Shown piece by piece: positions 43,749-53,694 of a DNA stretch of 64,000 nt; position 1 is the first letter of the stretch, and every line of letters begins with the position of its first letter. The translations under genes were made by a program, and so were the position numbers. This DNA is from Candidatus Latescibacterota bacterium (GTDB lineage: Bacteria; Latescibacterota; CBDEFO01), in the NCBI GenBank assembly GCA_965237525.1, contig CBDEFO010000004.1:352001-416000 (forward strand), written 5' to 3'. The notes under the pieces are model-generated. The model saw only the letters and a program-made list of their open reading frames with translations. It was not told the origin of the DNA and did not search any database.

Positions 43749-45268
43749 AAGCCTTGTGAAATAGTTATGTCCCAGGCAGCGTCTGAAGCGCCGATTATGG
43801 GTCAAAGAGTAGCATATCGTATCGTTTTGCTGTGGAATAAGCAAAATAGTCTTATCAGAGTTCTGGTCAGCAAGGAACAGGAGCTGTTTGAAGAACAGGA
43901 TGCACTGTCTTTGACAGACAGGGCACACATAGACGCTTTCCCCCTTCTTATGAAAGATACAAGCCTCTTGAGATTCTGTACTGTTGCAACAAGATTCAAC
44001 TGTTCATTCAGTGAGGCTAGTCCTCTATAAGGGGCTCGTCCCATACCGTGTTGTTGCCTGGCTTCAGCAAAGATATGTTCACTGCGTTTACGGAGTCTCC
44101 GGGAGAGTTTGTAGTCAGCTGTTAATGAGATAGACCGTGCATGATTTCTGGCTTTCGCCTCTCGCACTTTTCTATCCCGTTCGGCCTGAATATGTGCTGA
44201 ATTTGTCTTGTTTTTCCATGTAGGAATCGGTTCAATCTTCTCATCGGCTCGCAGAGGAATATGGGGTATGATTCCCCGGTCAAGTACATCCGCGATAAAA
44301 TTACCAGAACCGTAACCGGTATCGGCACTAAGTGTCTGAATATCTTTGGGCATGGTGTATGTTTCAAGGTCATCTACCATCTTAAGGGCACTTTCGGGCT
44401 CTGCTGTCCCTGTCGCCTGCGTGCCCTGAGTCTCAAGGATTACTCTGCTTTTTGTGTCGATCAGATCATGGCCCATAAACGAGAGAAAAGCCCCTTTGCC
44501 CTTCGATTTGCTGTATAAGCGCGCGTCGGGGTCTGTAGTCGAACGGTGTGTTTGGTGTCGTCCACTTTTCACCATGAAAGTCTTTATCCTGAGGATGCCC
44601 GGACCTACCCTTTGTCTTATCACCTTCAAAACCGATTCCCTTGAGATAATCATCAAGAGAAACAGGGGGTTCTATCGGCTCAATACTTTTCACTGAAGCA
44701 TCAGCTTGTATCTGAGTGCCGTCGACACTAAGGTGTTTACCGCTCACAAGACCGACATCTATGCAACACTGGACTACCTGACGCATTATCCGTTCAAACA
44801 ACCCACTGGATGCCCACTTGTGATTGCGAAGCTTGTTGATCGTGCTCCTATCCGGAACCGCATCATCAAATGTCTGATGACAAAACAACCGATATGCCGC
44901 ATGCATCCCCACTTCCTGACAGAGCCGATTCTCACTCAAATTATACAGATAGCCAATAAGGATCATTCGAACAACTAATTCAGGATCAATACCGGGTCTG
45001 CCATTGTCAGGGCAATAACAATCTGATACAACGTCTCGTATAAATGAAAAATCAACTGCCTCATCAATCTGACGAAGGATATGATCCTCGGGAACTAAAT
45101 CCTCCATCTGAAAATAGTGAAACATCGGATTTGTCTGTTCCTGCTTTTGTGGGGTCATTGTTTCCTCCATGTATAATATTATCAATAACATAATATAATA
45201 CATCGGAACTGCTTTATCAATGCTTGTTCTATACTACTTTCTGAATCTAAGGGTTTTTCACAAGGCTT
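43749..45268 (-). mobile_element. IS1182-family element, copy 2 (1520 bp), transposase frameshifted
   Basis: Same TIRs as copy 1; TTAA on both sides; extra G at ~44557 splits the transposase into 245-aa and 284-aa ORFs. Confidence 0.93.
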
Positions 45269-46539
45269 TTAAATCTGAAGAAGAGGAGATCTTATCTGCA
45301 TCGGACATAACTACTCCCTACGATCTGCCCTCCCAGGAGGAATTTGAGCTCTTTAACATAGACGATCTGCGCTACGAAAAGTACGACGCCACAATCATAC
45401 GGGACCCTGATAACAAAAGGAAGCTTGCAGGTTACTTCAAGATGGCTGTCGTCCACTTTAGAAATCAAGAGGGAGGACTGTCCTTTACGAACGTACGGGT
45501 CGAGAACCTACTGCGCTATGTGAGGGGCTACACAAATATCGGCATGGAGATAAAGGGTGTCGGCACTCGGTTGAGTTCCCGTTCTATCTTTTCGGCTCCG
45601 CTTATATATATGAGTGGCGGCTCGGTCAAGCTGAGTCAGTTTGAGATTGAGAACTTGGGTATCTACCTCAGAGGCGGCGGCACGCTCTTTGTAGATTCAG
45701 GCGGAGGATTCTATCAGAGTACGTTTGTCAGACAAATGAAGATGTATCTCAAAGAGGCCTTGAGGGACTCGCTGGGCAGGGAGCCTGAATTCCGAAGAAT
45801 TTCTAATGCTCATCCCCTCTTTCATGCCTTCTACGACTTTGACAACGGTCCACCGATCCCGAACCCCGACTCTACGAATGATTATCTGGCAGGAGTCTGG
45901 ATAGATGACAGGCTTGCAGTTCTCTTAAGCGCAGCCGGTATCTCCGCTCACTGGACTGACACCGGAGAGATATTTCTCCAGTTCGGCGTGAACCTCATCG
46001 TCTACACCCTTACACACGCCCCACCATCCCTGGTTAAAACGAGACCTATGCCCGCGTGGCTGAAGCGTCCACCGCGAGTGGCTAAGTTTGAGCAAAAGGA
46101 GGAAAACCCCTTTGCGGGCACAGGAGGTTACCTTGCCCTTTTGAGAACGCCCTTTCACAAGACCATTGAGAAGGATCAGTTCAACGTCTATCTGGACGGT
46201 GTAAACTTGGACATCTCCGAACTTGGAGATGCCAGCAACGGCGTTATGTTCAGCAGACTTCAACCGGGAGACCATGTGCTCAGGGTGGAATACAATGGAA
46301 AATCCAAAGAGCTCGATTTATCCCTGATAGATGGGGAGGTTCTCACCGTCAAATTCGGCATCGACAAGATATTCCTCGTAAATAGGTTCAGGCTCATTCG
46401 CGACGATCCCCACTTGGAATATGCCGATTGGATCCAACAGCACGCTGATCTGAAGATAGCCGGAATCTACGAAGATTATCAGCAACCGCCAGATGCGCGT
46501 TCCGCAGAGACCGAAGATCCGGTGTACACTGATCGCTGA
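45220..46539 (+). CDS. DUF4159-like protein, N-terminally truncated; ORF starts inside the IS end
   Basis: From KSEEEE onward it is homologous to 46839..48527; LRGGGTLFVD, HPLFHAFYDF, GVNLIVY. Confidence 0.7.
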   Translation: MLVLYYFLNLRVFHKAFKSEEEEILSASDITTPYDLPSQEEFELFNIDDLRYEKYDATIIRDPDNKRKLAGYFKMAVVHFRNQEGGLSFTNVRVENLLRYVRGYTNIGMEIKGVGTRLSSRSIFSAPLIYMSGGSVKLSQFEIENLGIYLRGGGTLFVDSGGGFYQSTFVRQMKMYLKEALRDSLGREPEFRRISNAHPLFHAFYDFDNGPPIPNPDSTNDYLAGVWIDDRLAVLLSAAGISAHWTDTGEIFLQFGVNLIVYTLTHAPPSLVKTRPMPAWLKRPPRVAKFEQKEENPFAGTGGYLALLRTPFHKTIEKDQFNVYLDGVNLDISELGDASNGVMFSRLQPGDHVLRVEYNGKSKELDLSLIDGEVLTVKFGIDKIFLVNRFRLIRDDPHLEYADWIQQHADLKIAGIYEDYQQPPDARSAETEDPVYTDR

Positions 46540-46856
46540 TTCTTCTTCTCACCTTCCTCAAACTGCAAAATAGCCTCCACAGATACCCTAAAATTTTTCT
46601 GCTTTTATCAAGATTAACGTTGAAACGATCTTGCAGGATGAAACTGCTTCGGGGTTTGGCATCTCGGAATGACTGAAGGCCTCAGGAGGTAATAAGATTT
46701 GACTCTCGCATAGTTTTGCTCTATATTACAGACGTCGCATTAGAGTAACCGTGCTCCCTTCCGGGCGTTACACTACTTAATAGACATGTTTCTCGCTATA
46801 CAATATTACCGATCGCAACCTGAAGGTGCAAGCAATTTTTGCCAGGACGCTTGAAC

Positions 46857-48527
46857 ATGTCCCGCAAGAGTCATAAGAACCTTGTACTATCACTTACTAC
46901 CTCTGTGATCTTACACTCTTTTCTGTTTTTTCTCGCCTATATATTGAAAAGCGACGGGGAGGAACAGGTATATAAAGTGCTGTTCAGACCTTATAGGCCT
47001 GCTCCTGCAAAGCCTCTATATCCTGCGGAAAGACCTTCAATTCCCAGAGCGGTTATGGAGATGCTCCCTAAAGAGGGAAAACCCCAACTGCCCCCGGAGG
47101 GATTTGCGGCTATTGATGATACGAGCAGATGGGTGGATGAACTTCGGAAAAGTGCGTTGCGAGCTACTTTTCCTGAGAGTCTTGAAGAGACCGCAGGCTC
47201 AAAAACAGGGGTCATTAAATCTGAAGAAGAGGAGATCTTATCTGCATCGGACATAACTACTCCCTACGATCTGCCCTCCCAGGAGGAATTTGAACTCTTT
47301 AGTATAGATGATCTGCGCTACGAAAAGTACGACGCCACAATCATACGCGACCCTGATAACAAGAGGAACATAACAGGTTACTTCAAGATGGCTGTCGTCC
47401 ACTTTAGAAATCAAGAGGGAGGACTCTCCTTTACAAGCGGAGGAGTCGATAACCTCCTGCGCTATGTGAGGGACTACACAAATATCAGCACCCAGATAAA
47501 GGGTGTCAGCACTCGACTTCGCTCCGGTGCTATCTTCTCGGCTCCGCTTATATATATGGGTGGCAGCTCAGTCCAGTTGAATCAGTCTGAGATTGAGAAC
47601 TTGGGTATCTACCTCAGAGCCAGCGGCTTCCTCTTCGTGGACGACATGACCGGCAAGGGTTTCAACCAGGGTCCCTTTATCAGACAGATGAAGATGTATC
47701 TCAAAGAGGCCTTGAGGGACTCGCTGGGCAGGGAGCCTGAATTCCGAAGAATTTCTAATGCTCATCCCCTCTTTCATGCCTTCTACGACTTTGACGACGG
47801 TCCGCCGATCCCTAGCCCCAACTATACGAATGATTATCTGGAAGGAGTCTGGATAGATGACAGGCTTGCAGTTCTCTTAAGCGCGGCAGGTATCTCCGGT
47901 GGTTGGGGGGCCGGTGGCGGTAGATATCTCCAGTTCGGCGCGAACCTTATCGTCTACACCCTTACACACGCCCCACCTTCCCTTGTGAAGACGAGACCTA
48001 TGCCCGCGTGGGTGAAGCGTCCACCGCGAGTCGCTGATCTCGAGGGAGAAGAGAAAAACAAGGTGTCTGCCACAGAAGCATACCTTGCCCTTTTGAGAGT
48101 CCCTTCCTACAAGAGCATTGAGCCAGATAGGCTTTCCGTCTATCTGAACGGCGTAAAGTTAGACGTCTCTGAGATTCCAGATACCAGCAACGGTATTATG
48201 TTCAAAGGCCTTAAGCCCGGAGATTATGTACTTAAGGTTCAATATAGGTGCATTAGGATGCGAAGGGGTCGGGAAGTACATCATGCCACAAAGTCCGAGA
48301 GAGTAGATCTGTTGTTGATAGATGGGAAGGTGGTCACAGTTAAGTTTGGTATCAACGAGATATTCTTCAGAGACCCGTGGCTCGTTTGCAACGATCCCTA
48401 CTTGGAATATCCCCATTGGGTACAACAGCACGCTGATCTGAAGATAGCCGGAATCCACGAAGATTATCAGCAGCCGTCAGATGCCCGTCCCGTGAAAACT
48501 ACAGACCCAATGTACACTGATCGTTGA
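46857..48527 (+). CDS. DUF4159-like protein with N-terminal TM anchor
   Basis: SVILH TM segment, GFLFVDD, HPLFHAFYDF, GANLIVY; TTGACT-17-TATATT at 46699. Confidence 0.75.
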   Translation: MSRKSHKNLVLSLTTSVILHSFLFFLAYILKSDGEEQVYKVLFRPYRPAPAKPLYPAERPSIPRAVMEMLPKEGKPQLPPEGFAAIDDTSRWVDELRKSALRATFPESLEETAGSKTGVIKSEEEEILSASDITTPYDLPSQEEFELFSIDDLRYEKYDATIIRDPDNKRNITGYFKMAVVHFRNQEGGLSFTSGGVDNLLRYVRDYTNISTQIKGVSTRLRSGAIFSAPLIYMGGSSVQLNQSEIENLGIYLRASGFLFVDDMTGKGFNQGPFIRQMKMYLKEALRDSLGREPEFRRISNAHPLFHAFYDFDDGPPIPSPNYTNDYLEGVWIDDRLAVLLSAAGISGGWGAGGGRYLQFGANLIVYTLTHAPPSLVKTRPMPAWVKRPPRVADLEGEEKNKVSATEAYLALLRVPSYKSIEPDRLSVYLNGVKLDVSEIPDTSNGIMFKGLKPGDYVLKVQYRCIRMRRGREVHHATKSERVDLLLIDGKVVTVKFGINEIFFRDPWLVCNDPYLEYPHWVQQHADLKIAGIHEDYQQPSDARPVKTTDPMYTDR

Positions 48528-48913
48528 TTTTTTCTTCGCACCTTCCTGAAACTGCAAAATAGCCCCCCAACGATGCCTTAAGATCTTCAACTTTCAGCGT
48601 CAAATCCTCCTGTGGTTCGAAAAGATCGTATTTCTTAAGAATTTGTCACATTTTCTTTTGAGATTGCTTCAGAACTTTGCAACTCAGAATGACGTTGCTT
48701 CTTTTTACTCAGTCATTGCGACCCCTGATTGAATCTATCGGGGGCAGCGAAGCGATCTCGATCTTCATCTTTCCGAACTTGGAGTCAATTCCCAAAAATC
48801 AGTTGATTTTGAGCCTTAAATTTGTTATTATTAAAAGCTTGGAAAGTTATTGTATCGTTTCTGTCGAACTGTCAACAGCGCCGGACATTTCTCATTTTCA
48901 GACGATCAATGCC

Positions 48914-51352
48914 ATGATCGATGAACATACCTTGCAGGTTTTAGAGTTCGAGAAGGTCAAAGCGATGATCTCCTCCTACGCCGTATCGGCTCTGGGAGAA
49001 GATGAGATAGAAGGCATGCATCCTTTGGAGGATCTTGGCGAGATAAGGGGTAGACTCAAGACGGTATCGGAGCTTGTCGATCTCATAGCGTTCGATGATC
49101 CCGTGCCTATGGGTGGGATTAGGGATGTGCGCGAAGCTATAGATAAATCATCCATCGAAGGCTCGATGCTGAACACCGATGACTTTCTGAACATAAAGGA
49201 GACGCTTTCGGCTTCGAGGCATCTCAAACGTTATCTTGAGAAGCGAAAAGAAACTTGTCCGTCCCTGTTTGATCTTGCACGTAGGTTGATAGACTCACAG
49301 GTACTAGAAAATGAGATAGATAGAGTAATAGATGAGAAGGGCCTCGTAAGGACCTCAGCCAGCAGACGGCTAAAAGAGATCAGGAGGAGGATATCGCAAG
49401 TAGGGGACGATATAAGGGGGGCGCTGGACAAGATGATAGAGAGACTTCCAAGCTCAGTGATTCAGGAGAGGTTGGTGACAATAAGGGACGATAGATTTGT
49501 GATCCCCATAAGGGAGAGGCAAAGGGGCAAAGTCGAGGGGATCATCCACGATCAGTCCGCAAGCGGAGCGACGGTGTTTGTAGAACCATTAGAAACTCTG
49601 GAACTTAACAACGAACTCCGTCAGCTGCAGATCGAGGAAAAAAGGGAAGTCGAAAGGATACTAAGAGAGCTTACGCAGGAAGTGAGAAAGGTAAAAGATG
49701 ATATTTCCCGGTCCTTGGGAGCTTTAGGGAAGTTAGACGGTTTCTTCTCTAAAGCGAGTTTTTCCTTGGACTTCAAAGGGACAGAGCCACTACTCAACGA
49801 TGAAGGAAAGATCGTCCTCAGGGGTGCAAGGCATCCTATCCTGGAAAGGAGATTAAGGCAGAAAACAGTAGAAGATCCACAGAAAATGGTCCCTCTGGAT
49901 ATAAGCTTAGGAGATAAGGTCAATACACTGATTATAACAGGTCCGAACGCAGGCGGGAAGACGGTGGCCTTAAAAACAGTTGGACTCTTGACCCTGATGG
50001 CTCAATGCGGTGTACACATCCCGGCAAATCCGAAATCTGAGCTGTGCGTCTTTAAGAAGGTCTATGCAGACGTAGGGGACGAGCAGTCGATTGAGGACGA
50101 TCTTTCCACATTCTCGTCTCACGTCCGACAGTTAGTAAAGGTTTGCAACGAGTCGGACAGGGATAGCTTAGTGCTCCTCGACGAGATAGGTGCAAGCACC
50201 GACCCCGACGAAGGGGCATCCCTGGCAATGGCTGTCCTTGAAACTCTGTCCCGAAAGCGTGCAAAGACAGTAGCTACAACCCATCATGGAACTTTGAAGC
50301 TCTTTGCACATCAAAAGGACAACATGGAGAACGCTTCGATGGTGTTCGATCCTGAGACGATAGAGCCGACGTTCGTTCTGAGGATTGGAACTCCGGGGAG
50401 CAGCTATGCGTTCGAGATAGCCAGAAGACTGGGAATGCCGGAGGATGTGGTGGAAGAAGCCGCCTCAATTACAGGCGGCGTGGCCAGGAGTATGGAGGAC
50501 TTAATCGTCGAGCTGGACCGTCAAAGACTCGATTACCAGAGAAATAACATAGAGTTACAAAAGGCTCTAAGCGAATCCAAAAGGATGGAGTCCGAGTACG
50601 AAGATAAGCTGGTGGATGTGAAGAAGGAGAGCAGAAGGATCCAGAAGGAAGCTCTTGAGGAATCCAGAAGAATTTTGAATCAGGCTAAGGCTTTGGTGGA
50701 AAGGACTGTAGCCGAGATAAGATCCCAAAAGGCCAGCACACAGGCGATAAAGGAAGCCAGAGGGGTCATAAAAGATGCAGTTGAGCAGGTGGACAAAAGT
50801 TTGAAGGACTATGCCAGTCCCAGGAGCGACAGAGGAAAGGTCCAGGTTGGAGATACTGTGTGGGTTGACAGTTTTGAAAGAGAAGGGGTAGTTGTATCCT
50901 TAACAGACTCTGATAAGGCGAACGTTGATGTAGGTAAAGTCAGAGTTGAAATCCCTACTTCACAGTTGAAGGTTTTGTCAAAAGGCGACGGCGGCAAGGT
51001 CGACCCCCGATTGATCCCCGATAGAAGCAATCGGGAAGGACGACTCCGTGAGCAGAATGTGTCTAAATCCGCTCCTGCTAGAGTGAAGCTGGTAGCTTCA
51101 TCGAATATCTCGGACAAAGTAACAGTCAGACGTATGACCTTCGACGAGGCGTCGGAGGTAGTGGATAAGTATCTGGACGATGCATTTCTAAAAGGATTAA
51201 GGCAAGTATCGATCATTCACGGGAAGGGGACAGGCGCATTGCGGACCAAGTTGAACGCTTTCTTGCAAAAGCATCCGAGAGTAAAGTCCAAAAGGCCCGG
51301 AGCATGGGAAGAAGGCGGGGACGGCGTGACTATTGTTCAGCTAGATTTATGA
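48914..51352 (+). CDS. mutS2: Endonuclease MutS2
   Basis: LEFEKV, HDQSASGAT, TGPNAGGKT, LSTFSSH, Smr IIHGKGTG..GGDGVT. Confidence 0.96.
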   Translation: MIDEHTLQVLEFEKVKAMISSYAVSALGEDEIEGMHPLEDLGEIRGRLKTVSELVDLIAFDDPVPMGGIRDVREAIDKSSIEGSMLNTDDFLNIKETLSASRHLKRYLEKRKETCPSLFDLARRLIDSQVLENEIDRVIDEKGLVRTSASRRLKEIRRRISQVGDDIRGALDKMIERLPSSVIQERLVTIRDDRFVIPIRERQRGKVEGIIHDQSASGATVFVEPLETLELNNELRQLQIEEKREVERILRELTQEVRKVKDDISRSLGALGKLDGFFSKASFSLDFKGTEPLLNDEGKIVLRGARHPILERRLRQKTVEDPQKMVPLDISLGDKVNTLIITGPNAGGKTVALKTVGLLTLMAQCGVHIPANPKSELCVFKKVYADVGDEQSIEDDLSTFSSHVRQLVKVCNESDRDSLVLLDEIGASTDPDEGASLAMAVLETLSRKRAKTVATTHHGTLKLFAHQKDNMENASMVFDPETIEPTFVLRIGTPGSSYAFEIARRLGMPEDVVEEAASITGGVARSMEDLIVELDRQRLDYQRNNIELQKALSESKRMESEYEDKLVDVKKESRRIQKEALEESRRILNQAKALVERTVAEIRSQKASTQAIKEARGVIKDAVEQVDKSLKDYASPRSDRGKVQVGDTVWVDSFEREGVVVSLTDSDKANVDVGKVRVEIPTSQLKVLSKGDGGKVDPRLIPDRSNREGRLREQNVSKSAPARVKLVASSNISDKVTVRRMTFDEASEVVDKYLDDAFLKGLRQVSIIHGKGTGALRTKLNAFLQKHPRVKSKRPGAWEEGGDGVTIVQLDL

Positions 51353-51512
51353 AAAGTGGCAAAAGGGAGTTGTCACTAACCAAGAAGATGTTGTTGTGGA
51401 TTCTCCGCAAGAGCGACAATTGGGAAGGTTTGGCCTACCGTCTATTGGGACGCGTTCGATACGACGCCATCAAGGCTTTCGCGTGGCGGATCTATTTGAG
51501 GCGGTGAGGATA

Positions 51513-52505
51513 CTACAGCACGAAGATAATCAGTGCAAGTGCCAGATAGACTACATAGATTCCGAGAAGTACTCCCCCTTCCGTTTTCGTCAATCTGTGA
51601 CCTGTCCGCATCATCAGAAGCATAATTAAGACGATAAAGATCATTATGGGGAAGGAGAAATGGATGGCCTTCTTACTTACCACAAGGGGATTTGCCATCG
51701 CCGAGGCGCCCGCGATCCAGCAGATATTCAGAATATCAGCCCCGACTATATTCCCTACAGCTATCGCCAGCGCCCCCTGACCCGAACGCGCGGCTGTAAT
51801 ACAGGTGGCTATTTCCGGCAGAGATGTGCCGATAGCCACTATGGTCAGACCAATTATAGCTTCAGATACCCCTAAAAACTGTGCCATAAATACGGCAGAT
51901 ATTTCGATGCCTTTGCTGGAGATTATCACTGCGAGAAGGCCGATTAAGAACCATAAGATCAGAGATCCCAAGCCGCGTCCTGCGATTTTATCTTCTATCT
52001 CTTTTAATTCTCCAGTTGTTTGTACTGTGACCTCAGCCTGCGCCGATTGTCTGCGTGTAAAGTAGAGAAATACCATATACAGAACGAAGAAGAGCACCAG
52101 CACCGATCCTTCTATTCGCCCTAGCGTCCCGTCGAAGACCATGGCATAAGCTAAAAGATCTATCACGATCAGGAAGATACCGGACGTGCGAAGGATGTAA
52201 GGATTGATGCCGATAGGAGTAACGGCTAACAGACCTGCCAGGGCGATGGCTACGCCGTCGTCACATATCACAGATCCTACGGCATTTCCCAAAGCGATCT
52301 CAGGGTGCCCGTCCAGTGCTGACTGGACGGATACGGCTAATTCCGGTGCGGTAGTCGCTACACTCACAAGGACTAGTCCGATCAGCATCTTGGGAATATT
52401 CAACCGCTCGGCGATGCCCACAGCGCCCTCTACGAACCATTTGGCTGCCTTGATCAGGATCGCAAAGCAGACCAGAAATATGGCCACGGCTAAGTAAATA
52501 TTCAC
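51513..52505 (-). CDS. Ca2+/Na+ antiporter (CaCA, YrbG-like)
   Basis: Two alpha-repeats TTAPE/GNAVGS and GTSLPE/GNIVG. Confidence 0.92.
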   Translation of the reverse strand: MNIYLAVAIFLVCFAILIKAAKWFVEGAVGIAERLNIPKMLIGLVLVSVATTAPELAVSVQSALDGHPEIALGNAVGSVICDDGVAIALAGLLAVTPIGINPYILRTSGIFLIVIDLLAYAMVFDGTLGRIEGSVLVLFFVLYMVFLYFTRRQSAQAEVTVQTTGELKEIEDKIAGRGLGSLILWFLIGLLAVIISSKGIEISAVFMAQFLGVSEAIIGLTIVAIGTSLPEIATCITAARSGQGALAIAVGNIVGADILNICWIAGASAMANPLVVSKKAIHFSFPIMIFIVLIMLLMMRTGHRLTKTEGGVLLGIYVVYLALALIIFVL

Positions 52506-52517
52506 ATTTCTGTCCGT

Positions 52518-53396
52518 TTAGGCCATTTCTGTCTTATGTGTGACAAACCTGCTCTCAAGCTCCCTGTATCTTGGCACTCCGATAATCTCCTCAAATTCGT
52601 GGAAGGAGACCATAGGTTCAAATCCTGCTGTCGTTCCATCGTCCTTCAACTTCTGAAACACATCTGCCATAGCCTTTGTCGCAGCAAAAAGGGCGGACAG
52701 AGGATAGACCACAAGCTTGTAGCCTAAATCTTCCAGCTCCACTCTGGAGAGAAACGGGGTCTTGCCTCCTTCTATCATATTGGCAAATAGAGGCGCATCT
52801 ATTTTCTCTGATATTCTTTTCAGTTCATCCACAGACTGCGGAGCTTCGATGAAGACCACGTCGACCCCCGCCTTGAAGTAGGCGATGCCCCTCTCTACAG
52901 CTTCGTCCAGACCGAGCGGGGCGCGGGCGTCGGTGCGTCCTATGATCACAAGGTCTTTATCCCCTCTGGCTTCTACAGCCGCTTTGACCTTCTGTATCTG
53001 CTCGTCACACGGGATTACGCGTTTGCCCTCAAAGTGGCCGCACTTCTTGGGCCATTCCTGGTCTTCCAGTATAATTCCTGCTACCCCCATCTCAACACAT
53101 TCCCTAACTGTCCGCATAACGTTTAAGGGATTGCCATAGCCTGTGTCCACATCCGCCACTAAAGGCAGGTCCACAGCTCCAACGATCTTCCTGACGCGCT
53201 CCAGGGTCTCCGTCATCGTCAGAAGACCCATGTCCGGCATCCCTAAGGTAGTCCCTGAAATTCCGAACCCACTCGTGAAAACTACCTCAAAACCGATCTG
53301 TTCCACTAACTTGGCTGAGACTGCGTCGAAGACGCCCGGCAGGATGGTCGTCCCCGGACGTTCGATCAATTCTCTGAGCTTTGATGCTCGGTCCAT
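52518..53396 (-). CDS. Isocitrate lyase / PEP mutase family (methylisocitrate lyase-like)
   Basis: ADVDTGYG, LEDQ..PKKCGH, GRTDAR. Confidence 0.9.
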   Translation of the reverse strand: MDRASKLRELIERPGTTILPGVFDAVSAKLVEQIGFEVVFTSGFGISGTTLGMPDMGLLTMTETLERVRKIVGAVDLPLVADVDTGYGNPLNVMRTVRECVEMGVAGIILEDQEWPKKCGHFEGKRVIPCDEQIQKVKAAVEARGDKDLVIIGRTDARAPLGLDEAVERGIAYFKAGVDVVFIEAPQSVDELKRISEKIDAPLFANMIEGGKTPFLSRVELEDLGYKLVVYPLSALFAATKAMADVFQKLKDDGTTAGFEPMVSFHEFEEIIGVPRYRELESRFVTHKTEMA

Positions 53397-53694
53397 TTGG
53401 CCTCCGATTAAGTGAGATTTGTAATTATGCTATACTTACCTGCTTCTGTCAGCAACTCTTTACCTGTAAGACATGCCGAAACGACTCGATTCGACTTGAA
53501 ATATAATATAAATAACGATATACTTTTATACAAACTCTTTTCGCAAAAGGGATGCTTTTCAAAGCGCTTGAGAATTTTTTTCTTGACTACTAACACTATA
53601 TATTGTATATTACGTTTCAGCATACAAGATATTGACATAGTAAGGACAGATCTCTTTTCTGCCAAAAGGGGAGAAATAGAAAGGGAAACGTTTA

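Noticed and set aside
45269..48527. DGR template/variable repeat pair
   Set aside because: Differences are not adenine-specific and no reverse transcriptase is present
48677..48913. N-terminal extensions in the ORF track (mutS2; also gltX, HAD, BMC-H1, AldDH)
   Set aside because: They run through repeats, promoters or upstream genes; family homology begins at the downstream starts
51349..51507. 52-aa basic ORF overlapping the mutS2 stop
   Set aside because: Possible coupled small gene but no recognisable features; too weak to call
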